14,095 nt of DNA from IMG/VR virus record IMGVR_UViG_2609459852_000009. One strand, 5' to 3'. The translations under genes were made by a program, and so were the position numbers. Numbering within the stretch: the first letter of the stretch is position 1; the number at the start of each line of letters is the position of its first letter. Shown one piece after another: positions 1 through 8,860 of the stretch. The stretch comes from a virus. Lineage: Duplodnaviria > Heunggongvirae > Uroviricota > Caudoviricetes. Below the pieces are notes generated by a model. It was not told the DNA's origin. It did no database searches and was given only the letters and a program-made list of their open reading frames with translations.

Positions 1-12
1 TGTCAACGCCAA
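1..12. repeat. IS21-family terminal inverted repeat (istB-proximal end)
   Basis: TGTCAACGCCAA matches the reverse complement of 2114-2125 at 11 of 12 positions. Confidence 0.6.
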
Positions 13-57
13 GATTATTGGCCGTTTTTCGCCATTTTTAATGTCCGCTATTGGTCA

Positions 58-2024
<1,967 letters not shown>

Positions 2025-2097
2025 GAGTGTTCCCTTTGTGGTGTAGGAACCTTAAGGAAACAACATGTTGGGTGGAGCGGACAATCCAAATGGTGAA

Positions 2098-2328
2098 TTA
2101 CTGTCTTATATCATTGGCGCTGACATGTAAATCGCTGTTGTTTTTTTTCAGGCGAGCCATACATTCACAAATGATCATCGCGTCATCGTCACAGCATTGC
2201 GGACGAGATCTTACTTTTGAAGGAATTAATCCCTTAAAACCGGCGGCAATGGACGACCAGGTCACATCTTCATGATTATTAGCCGCCCATGCCCCCCAAC
2301 GCTCAAGAACCATCTGAATATCACGCAT
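2098..2328 (-). pseudogene. Q-like late-gene antiterminator, N-terminal fragment truncated by the IS21-family insertion
   Basis: ATG at 2326-2328 preceded by GGAGT; encodes [25 protein letters not shown]... The frame crosses the IS terminus at 2125 and stops 9 codons into IS sequence. Sits directly downstream of ydfU, where the Q homologue lies in K-12 Qin as I recall it. Only about 68 native codons are present. Confidence 0.55.
2114..2125. repeat. IS21-family terminal inverted repeat (istA-proximal end)
   Basis: TTGGCGCTGACA; its reverse complement TGTCAGCGCCAA matches positions 1-12 with one mismatch. Confidence 0.6.
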
Positions 2329-2345
2329 CAACTTACTCCACAAAA

Positions 2346-3395
2346 TTAGGCCAGCACACCAATTGCCAGCGCGCGATCGATAAATCGAAAAATCAGCTCC
2401 AGTTGGGAGCCATACTTCTCTTCAAATGCCACGGTATCCGTATGCAACTCGTCGTGATGCTTTCTGCACAAAGGCAACACAAAGAGATCATGTGCTTTGG
2501 TTCCCATTCCGCCCTGCCCGTGACCAATCAGATGATGCGGATCGTCGGCTGGCATACCGCAGCAAGCACACGGCTGTGTCTTAACCCAGCGTGTGTATTT
2601 CTCCTTAACCCAACGGTGACGTTTAGGCAGCTTCATGAAAGATTCCGGAGACTCTGGATCAACGGTGATGCTTACCACCGTCTTTTCCTGTGATGGGTTT
2701 TGTTGCTGGTGGGCGTGAGGCAACGGTGCAAGATTTTTTGTGCGCTGTTTCAATATGCTGGTGGCGGTCTGCTCTCCCGGTACGATGTCGCTTTCGCGGT
2801 ACACCGAGCAGTTTTTTTCCGCTGGTAATCCCAGCGAGCGACGTAATACCACTTCCGGTAGCGCGTCCGCCACCTGATTGCGGACCGCCCACCAGGATAA
2901 TTCAGCCAGAGATAATTCACGCTCCTGCGTACCGCTTATTGCGTGACCGATGACGTCAATCATCCATGCTGACAGGTTTTGATGAGCAAGTTGCTCGAGT
3001 GATTCGGATGTCTGGTCACGCAGCTGGTTGTCGCAGTGCCAGCACAACACCATTGCGCCGGTACCATAACGGTGAATAACGGTTTCGCTGTGATGATAAT
3101 CGCCGTGTGGCCACTGGCAGGATTTAATATGGCGCAACAGCCAGTCAGACAATGCACCAGCACCACCAGCAGCACGAATTACCCGTGCGTTACTGAAAAA
3201 CGGCAGCAATGTTTTGTCTTCCACCAGCGGCTGGCGAACGGCAGGAACGACCCCGGACGGCAGATTACGCATGCTTTTCGGTTCCGGCTCCACCAGTACC
3301 CGGGTATTGTGGAATACCGGCATGGATTCACGGCCCGGCTTAACGACCACCAGCCCGAGTTCCGGTACCAGAACAGGTCGAAGTAATACCCGCAC
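2346..3395 (-). CDS. ydfU: YdfU-like DUF968 prophage protein with C-terminal HNH-like Cys/His motif
   Basis: 349-aa ORF, GTG start at 3395 (a downstream ATG start is possible). C-terminal CACCG...DPHHLIGH...KAHD...CRKHH resembles an HNH/zinc-binding motif. Length and position match my memory of ydfU. Confidence 0.75.
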   Translation of the reverse strand: MRVLLRPVLVPELGLVVVKPGRESMPVFHNTRVLVEPEPKSMRNLPSGVVPAVRQPLVEDKTLLPFFSNARVIRAAGGAGALSDWLLRHIKSCQWPHGDYHHSETVIHRYGTGAMVLCWHCDNQLRDQTSESLEQLAHQNLSAWMIDVIGHAISGTQERELSLAELSWWAVRNQVADALPEVVLRRSLGLPAEKNCSVYRESDIVPGEQTATSILKQRTKNLAPLPHAHQQQNPSQEKTVVSITVDPESPESFMKLPKRHRWVKEKYTRWVKTQPCACCGMPADDPHHLIGHGQGGMGTKAHDLFVLPLCRKHHDELHTDTVAFEEKYGSQLELIFRFIDRALAIGVLA

Positions 3396-3396
3396 G

Positions 3397-3675
3397 TTAC
3401 CTCCAGATGCGTTGCTGGAATGTACGGGACGGACGCGGTGGGCGTTCGGAGTAAGGCAATCTGACTGAGATTATCCAGTGACGGTAGTCGAGACTAAGAG
3501 CTTTCTTAACCTCGTATCCGCGCCTGCGGTAACACTGAATTATCCATTCAGCCTGCTCTTCAGTGCATGGAGGGTGCTGGAACCATTCAGACTTGAATGC
3601 GTGAGAATACCGCTCGTGCGTGCAGGCAAGAACGGGCGAATTATCAGAATTGTAATATTTTACGTTGCGTGCCAT
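3397..3675 (-). CDS. Small prophage protein, unknown function (occupies the rem position)
   Basis: 92-aa ORF; ATG at 3675 preceded by GGAGA at about 6 nt; stop overlaps the ydfU start. Confidence 0.6.
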   Translation of the reverse strand: MARNVKYYNSDNSPVLACTHERYSHAFKSEWFQHPPCTEEQAEWIIQCYRRRGYEVKKALSLDYRHWIISVRLPYSERPPRPSRTFQQRIWR

Positions 3676-3741
3676 CGGTTTTCTCCGGTGGCACGGTGTT
3701 ACTCAGCGGGAGTTCAGCCCCGCGCAAGATTGTAGATGAGT

Positions 3742-4005
3742 TTATTCTTCTGCAAAAGCTGAAAAGCCTGCTTTTATTCCGATCTCTTTCAGTGCCTGTA
3801 ATGAAGTGACAAACTCACCTTCGCGCAAGATAAATCCGTCTGTCACTCGACCATCCACAAAATTAATTAACGCAGCCCCATTCTTTCGCAAACACATAAT
3901 GCGGTAATGACTAACAAGATTTCCATTTTCAACGCACACAGCATAGAGGCCATCTTCACAAAAATTTTTACGCAGTTCTTCGATGTTCATCATCATGTTC
4001 ATCAT
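3742..4005 (-). CDS. Hypothetical small protein with Met-rich N-terminus
   Basis: 87-aa ORF starting MMNMMMN; GGAAGGA Shine-Dalgarno about 7 nt upstream of the first ATG. Confidence 0.6.
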   Translation of the reverse strand: MMNMMMNIEELRKNFCEDGLYAVCVENGNLVSHYRIMCLRKNGAALINFVDGRVTDGFILREGEFVTSLQALKEIGIKAGFSAFAEE

Positions 4006-4120
4006 CAGAATCCTTCCGGATAATTAGCTCTCCCCTTTAAGGGACCATCCCTCTTCTCCCTGCGCGCTACTTAAGTATTTTTGATTCTATTCCGGCACCG
4101 TCCAGAACTTCAAACGCGTT

Positions 4121-4152
4121 GAAAATAAAAACAAAAACCCGCCGAAGCGGGT
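4121..4152 (-). terminator. Rho-independent terminator at the 3' end of the hok transcript
   Basis: On the minus strand: stem ACCCGC / GCGGGT with TTCG loop, followed by TTTTTGTTTTTATTTT. Confidence 0.7.
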
Positions 4153-4221
4153 TAAGTGCGGGTGCGTTGAGGATGCCTGCCACATCAGAGGTGGCGAGGG
4201 ATTTCTCCCTCGCCGGGTCTC

Positions 4222-4377
4222 TTACTCCTCAGGTTCGTAAGCTGTGAAGACAGCGACCTCCGTCTGGCCGGTTCGGATTCGTACCTCGCAAAGGTCTTTC
4301 CTCGTTACCAGTGCCGTCACTATGACGGTTAAACAGATGACGATCAGGGCGATTAACATCGCCTTTTGCTGCTTCAT
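4222..4377 (-). CDS. hokD: Hok-family type I toxin (HokD/RelF-like membrane peptide)
   Basis: Internal ATG at 4375-4377 with AAGGAG upstream gives MKQQKAMLIALIVICLTVIVTALVTRKDLCEVRIRTGQTEVAVFTAYEPEE, which I recognise as Hok family. The 70-aa track ORF is an in-frame upstream extension. Confidence 0.85.
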   Translation of the reverse strand: MKQQKAMLIALIVICLTVIVTALVTRKDLCEVRIRTGQTEVAVFTAYEPEE

Positions 4378-4555
4378 AGCCTGCTTCTCCTTGCCTTTCG
4401 GCACGTAAGAGGCTAACCTACATGTGTCTAGCATGAAATTGGCCTCAGATTAATGTTAAGCGTCTTGCAGGACGCGTAATGTTAACTGGGGCTTTTCTCT
4501 ATCTGCCGTTGGTGTTCATGCCCGAGGCAGATAGCCTCAAGCACCCGCAGCCATT
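4378..4555 (-). promoter_or_regulatory. hok mRNA 5' leader with conserved stem-loop (possible mok/sok regulatory region)
   Basis: Minus-strand GCTTGAGGCTATCTGCCTC (plus 4524-4542) forms a GAGGC/GCCTC hairpin and resembles the conserved 5' element of hok mRNAs as I recall them. Exact sok and mok boundaries are not resolved. Confidence 0.45.
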
Positions 4556-4842
4556 CTACTTAACTACCGTTACCTCGCCAATGTGAAATCAGTCAGAAAG
4601 GCGATCCATAAGAACAATAGCAAGACAATAAATCGCCATTACAGCCGTAATAGCCAGCGCACATTTGAGAACCAGCACCACAACCTCCTGTATTGGACGT
4701 ACACCAGTCCTGATGAATATGAGGCTGTCTCGTCAGTGATTCAATACAACTATTGGGTATAGTTTCTCTGATTTTTTCTGTGGAAATGGGGCTCAACCAC
4801 TAGTCATTTAATACGCAAAGTCCGACACAAGCTAACCTTCTA

Positions 4843-4866
4843 GTCCGCTTTGAGCGAGGAGCGGAC
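4843..4866. repeat. Hairpin GTCCGCT-N10-AGCGGAC at the left edge of the AT-rich island
   Basis: 7-bp perfect stem with a 10-nt loop; same architecture as the hairpin at 7332-7355; the stem contains the GTCCGCT motif found in the IS21-family termini. Confidence 0.5.
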
Positions 4867-5186
4867 CTTGTGTAAAAATCCCCATACCGGTTGATCGCGC
4901 TGAATGTTAGGTTCATAAACGACACAGGGTACATCGTAATGCTGCTCTATTGCTTCGTAAGTGATTCCCAATCGCTGCATCACTCGCTGAGAAGGAGTTC
5001 GACAACAGCCACTAAATAGTTGTGCATAGAGAACGACTGGAAAAGGCCGTAGGAACTTACAAATCTCAATTCACGGTAGAGTATGATATGGGTATTCAAT
5101 ATAAATACAGCCCTCAAAGGTTTAAATATGAACGGAAGTGTTAAAAACAATCTATCGTCAAAAAAGTACAAGCTAAAAGAAAAATT

Positions 5187-5474
5187 TTGAATTTGAATCG
5201 CGAGCTTTCTAATGGAAAGATCACTCAGGCTGATTATTGTCTATACAAAAAACTGTTTGAAGACTACATTCAGGTATTAACATTTCAACACACAAGAATT
5301 TTTGTGGAAAAAGATTTAATAGAACTATCAAATCATCGAAGTGGAGTATTCATTACAACTCAGCATGATACATTAGTAAATAGACTTGACAAAATTGATT
5401 ATGAAATTGACAGATTAAAAAACTGTTTAAATAAAAAAATTATCGATTACACAAAATTCACATCCCTATATTAG
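5187..5474 (+). CDS. Questionable small ORF (95 aa), TTG start only
   Basis: No ATG in frame and no clear Shine-Dalgarno; AT-rich; convergent with the 484-aa gene. Confidence 0.25.
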   Translation: MNLNRELSNGKITQADYCLYKKLFEDYIQVLTFQHTRIFVEKDLIELSNHRSGVFITTQHDTLVNRLDKIDYEIDRLKNCLNKKIIDYTKFTSLY

Positions 5475-5565
5475 GATTTTCTAAGAGTACGACACCGTCA
5501 CATTTAAATATTATTTGTAGAGGTAAAATGACAGCCTGACGGCGGTATTTCATTGCGAAATGCTA

Positions 5566-5590
5566 TTTAAAAGACCGCATTGAGCGGTCT
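5566..5590. terminator. Hairpin between convergent ORFs, likely terminator for the 484-aa gene
   Basis: GACCGC-ATTGA-GCGGTC stem-loop at 5573-5589; on the minus strand it is followed by TTTTAAA. Confidence 0.5.
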
Positions 5591-5626
5591 TATGTATCTC
5601 ACAACATATTACAGAATGACTTTAAA

Positions 5627-7081
5627 CTATTGTTTTAATAACATTTCAAAATCCTCATTCCAGTGCGTGTTTTGTGAAATACGGGTATCAATTTCATCAA
5701 GCAGCATATCATGAGAAAGTATGCTTAAAGGGTCATTCCCATTTTTACCAAAACGCATCGTAGTTTCTGCTATTTCCCAATCTTCTGCGCTGATTGATGG
5801 CTGTATTGCATGGCAGTAGATAGCCTTCACATCCTTTTCATGACAGTCAAAATTATTGATGCTTTCTGCAATTTTACGAGCTCTTTCAATTTCGACAACT
5901 GGACCATGTAAAGTTTCATATGATATATGCACAATTGTAGGGGTATTATCTGGAACCTGTCGTACCGCTTTGCTTAAGTGCGTTTTAATATCTTTTGCTT
6001 TTTTATTAATCGATTCCTCTGCTATACATTCCCAACGAGCACAGTAACCAGAGTGTATTCCAGTGCAAAAAATGTTAAGTATATCAACACCGTCGTCCGG
6101 ACCTACTCGTACAAGTCCTTTTGGGGCACAAAGATGAGTGTAATTTTCGCTGCTGCTAAAACTTCCGGCCAACAACGAAACCATCTGTGGAGAGTTCCAT
6201 TTAACCATGTATTTATCAAAATGCTCATTGATATTTTTCATATCTATTCTATTAATCAGTATTATAATTTCATCATTTTCTATTCTCAGTGACTTTCTCG
6301 TCGAGATATTAGACTTTATTTCATTGAAGATTTTTGCTAAAATATATTCATCTGTATCTTTTACTTCAACCTTGAAAAGCACGTCTAAAAATATGTTTTG
6401 TCTAGACTGAGTTAGAATAGGTACTAAATTGAGCCATCTTTGCCTCCATTCTCGACGCTCATTTTCAGAATATTCAGTCACTTTAGATAAACGCTTACAT
6501 TCCACAAAAAAGCTTTCTTCACCTTTAGTAACTTTTAAATCAGGAGTTTTATTTAATGCTGTTTCTGGAATAAATTCTACTCTATAACCATTGCGCGCAT
6601 ACATAATCGCAACAACTAATTCAAACAATGTTGAATCAGGTTGATTTATTTTACCGTTAAGAAATTCCGAAAGTTTTTCATCAATCCCAACAATTTTTTT
6701 TGCAAGCTCAATATGTCTTCCAACAGCCGCAAAAAAGGGAAATACTCGGGCTGATTGCGCTAACTCGCTAACTAAAGGCCGTTCATGTAAGCATTCTACA
6801 AGAAAAAGATACCATGCAACCCAATCCTCATGAAATGCCACCCTATTTTTTGGCTCTTCCATACTCTTCATTGCTTGGTCAAAATTCTTATAGGTGTTAT
6901 CTTCCTGTTCTCTGAAGTACTTGACTACATTTTTTTTGCGAGTCTCCCAAGTATCCTTTTCCAGATAAGATAAAAACCAGTCCAATGCAATTTTCGTATG
7001 ATGATGCCAGGGACTGGTATCCGTTGCTGCAAAAATCTCTTGTAGTTCTTTTGAATATTCCAATGTCTGTGTGTTAGCCAT
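5627..7081 (-). CDS. 484-aa protein with central PD-(D/E)xK nuclease-like signature; candidate defence or toxin nuclease
   Basis: ATG at 7079-7081 with GAGG 5 nt upstream; downstream hairpin. Motif E154 (FELVVAIMY), P180-D181 (TPDLKV), E194-C-K196 (FFVECKRL) at nt 6494-6622. GC content visibly lower than flanks. No named family recognised. Confidence 0.85.
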   Translation of the reverse strand: MANTQTLEYSKELQEIFAATDTSPWHHHTKIALDWFLSYLEKDTWETRKKNVVKYFREQEDNTYKNFDQAMKSMEEPKNRVAFHEDWVAWYLFLVECLHERPLVSELAQSARVFPFFAAVGRHIELAKKIVGIDEKLSEFLNGKINQPDSTLFELVVAIMYARNGYRVEFIPETALNKTPDLKVTKGEESFFVECKRLSKVTEYSENERREWRQRWLNLVPILTQSRQNIFLDVLFKVEVKDTDEYILAKIFNEIKSNISTRKSLRIENDEIIILINRIDMKNINEHFDKYMVKWNSPQMVSLLAGSFSSSENYTHLCAPKGLVRVGPDDGVDILNIFCTGIHSGYCARWECIAEESINKKAKDIKTHLSKAVRQVPDNTPTIVHISYETLHGPVVEIERARKIAESINNFDCHEKDVKAIYCHAIQPSISAEDWEIAETTMRFGKNGNDPLSILSHDMLLDEIDTRISQNTHWNEDFEMLLKQ

Positions 7082-7331
7082 TTTGACCTCATCATTGTTA
7101 ATTTATGAGATTTTACAACTTATAATGCATCTTCCAGATCGAGCCTCCAAGTAAGAAATCAGGCTAAATCAGACAGATATGTAATATATCCCTAGTCAAT
7201 TAGGCAGTCCACCCATAAATCCTAACAGTACGAAAATGGTTGGAACGTTATCCTAGGTTACTGCTCATCGTTTCCTTATGACCTCAATATATAAATATCC
7301 CAGCTCTTGCGGTTCGATTGTATGATTGACA

Positions 7332-7355
7332 GTCCGCTCTTGGCACAAAGCGGAC
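7332..7355. repeat. Hairpin GTCCGCT-N10-AGCGGAC at the right edge of the AT-rich island
   Basis: Same 7-bp stem and 10-nt loop architecture as 4843-4866. Reverse complement of 7346-7357 (GTTGTCCGCTTT) is identical to IS positions 63-74. Confidence 0.5.
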
Positions 7356-7452
7356 AACCACGCCAGATCTACCCTGTGCCATGAAAAATGAGAATGTCAA
7401 TTCACTCCTGAACTAATGCTTTTTAATCTAGTAACGTCTAAAATACCTAACA

Positions 7453-7854
7453 TTATCCCTGATAAAATGCCAGTATGCGCTGCATAACTTCACTCATCCG
7501 GCACTCGCGACAGATTATGTTTAGGCGACTGTCGTAGCGACGTATTTCTCCATCAGGTAACGACCAGATAAGGTCCGGATCAACCACAGCTGTTTTCTTC
7601 ACCTTTGCCCTCGATAGTTTTTTGCGGGCGTTTTGCCAGTCCTTACGCGCCTGTTCAGACGGGAATAACCCGTAGCCGGAGTTGTATACATCGCCACTGG
7701 CTACCAGCTCTCTGGCAAGAACGCTCATCAGATATCTAGTCGCACCTGTTTTAGCTTCCAGTTGCCGTAACGTCTCACGACCACTCTGGCGCACGAGTTC
7801 CACCACCTGCCCTTTAATTTTTTCCCGCTCTTCTTGTGTAAAAACTTTTGCCAC
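7453..7854 (-). CDS. Hypothetical prophage protein (133 aa) immediately downstream of the O-like gene
   Basis: GTG start at 7852-7854 with AAGGGGG 5 nt upstream; basic protein; function unknown. Confidence 0.65.
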   Translation of the reverse strand: MAKVFTQEEREKIKGQVVELVRQSGRETLRQLEAKTGATRYLMSVLARELVASGDVYNSGYGLFPSEQARKDWQNARKKLSRAKVKKTAVVDPDLIWSLPDGEIRRYDSRLNIICRECRMSEVMQRILAFYQG

Positions 7855-7894
7855 AAGTCCCCCTTAAAATTACCTCATGACCTGAAATCAAAAC

Positions 7895-8860
7895 TTATCC
7901 TCTGAAACCAGGCGGAATTTCTGTATCCGGTTCAGAAATATGATTCACACAACGCTGTACAGGTGAACGTCCCAGGCGGATGACCAGTTCGTCCCATTTT
8001 TCGCGGAGTTTTGACGGGCTCATGATGTTTTTTACCCAGAATGGATCCCGCTGTACCCGACCAAACATTTCGCAAATTTGTCTGTGGCTTCTGCCATCCA
8101 GCATCCGCATTGTGCGCACGTCATTGGCCCAGGCTGTCCAGTTAGGCTCTTTTGGTCGCATGATCTCTCCATCGTCGCTGGCAGCCTGTTCGTAAAGGTT
8201 CACGATCCGCCCCCAAATCCACTGCGCACACGCCAAATCCTCCCTGCTACCCCACTGGCGTTTTTTCACACTAAACACAACCGCGTCGGGGTTCCGAGTT
8301 AAAAAATCCTGTTCAGTCGTCTGCGGGTCCGGTTGCGAAGCTTCCGGACGAAAAGTGTTTTTATTCTCTGTAGTAATCTCTGTTGTATTTTCTGTAAGAT
8401 CATTGGGCCATTTTGACCCGATGACATTGGGTCGTTTTGAACCAATGGAGCGTTTCATTTTGACCTCTTCCATCGTGTCATTTTGACCTGATGGAGCGGC
8501 GCATTTTGAACCGATGGATTCGTTCAATTTGCCACCATCTAAAAGCTCGCTCCCATAGTTGATCGTGTAGAAATTGGTCATATCGCGCTTTGATTTATTG
8601 AGCTTTTCACAACGCAAAAGCCCCAGCGTTTTCAGACTTGCAAACGCGCGCTTTAACGTTGACTCTGACCAGAATGGGAACTGTTCCAGCCATTGTTCCG
8701 TTGTGTTATAAATCCAGCGAACACCATCACATTCCATACCGGAGTTGGTATCTCTCAACCAGTAGTGCAGTTGTTGCAAAACAATGGCTTCGTTTAAGCC
8801 GATTTTCATTGCCAGCTGCGTGTTTATAACCAGTGGGCGTTCAGCAAAAAGAAGACTCAT
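7895..8860 (-). CDS. Phage replication initiator (lambda O-like, N-terminal origin-binding type) with in-gene iterons
   Basis: N-terminus MSLLFAERPLVINTQLAMKIGLNEAIVLQQLHYWLRDTN is typical of phage replication-initiator N-domains as I recall them. Repeated IGSK peptide units are encoded by the tandem DNA iterons. ATG at 8858-8860 preferred over the upstream TTG at 8914. Confidence 0.8.
   Translation of the reverse strand: MSLLFAERPLVINTQLAMKIGLNEAIVLQQLHYWLRDTNSGMECDGVRWIYNTTEQWLEQFPFWSESTLKRAFASLKTLGLLRCEKLNKSKRDMTNFYTINYGSELLDGGKLNESIGSKCAAPSGQNDTMEEVKMKRSIGSKRPNVIGSKWPNDLTENTTEITTENKNTFRPEASQPDPQTTEQDFLTRNPDAVVFSVKKRQWGSREDLACAQWIWGRIVNLYEQAASDDGEIMRPKEPNWTAWANDVRTMRMLDGRSHRQICEMFGRVQRDPFWVKNIMSPSKLREKWDELVIRLGRSPVQRCVNHISEPDTEIPPGFRG
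8405..8525. repeat. Five tandem ~23-bp iterons (putative phage replication origin) inside the O-like gene
   Basis: TTTTGA(C/A) cores beginning at 8411, 8435, 8458, 8481 and 8504 (spacings 24, 23, 23, 23 bp); AT-rich stretch 8350-8400 lies alongside. Confidence 0.7.

Noticed and set aside
2289-3468. Plus-strand ORFs (2289-2693, 2690-2953, 3036-3386, 3214-3468) and minus-strand ORFs (2659-2892, 2960-3175) overlapping ydfU
   Set aside because: Overlapping or antisense to the 349-aa ydfU-like gene, with no start signals; treated as frame noise.
4222-4434. 70-aa extended form of the hok ORF
   Set aside because: The Hok-family peptide starts at the internal ATG (4377) with its own AAGGAG; the upstream in-frame extension is leader sequence, although a mok-like upstream start cannot be excluded.
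4593-4796. 67-aa minus-strand ORF with a Cys/Gly-rich C-terminus (possible microcin-like peptide)
   Set aside because: The frame opens with TTG, has no Shine-Dalgarno, and lies in the hok upstream region; composition alone is not sufficient evidence.
4980-5171. 63-aa minus-strand ORF in the AT-rich island
   Set aside because: No ribosome-binding site, low-complexity hydrophobic translation typical of AT-rich non-coding DNA.
5856-6410. Plus-strand ORFs (5856-6047, 5978-6292, 6207-6410) inside the 484-aa gene
   Set aside because: Antisense to a strongly supported gene; AT-rich frames with Ile/Phe/Leu-rich nonsense translations.
7332-7355. Right-hand hairpin as an intrinsic terminator for the 133-aa gene
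   Set aside because: No U-tract follows the stem on either strand; retained as a repeat or boundary feature rather than a terminator.
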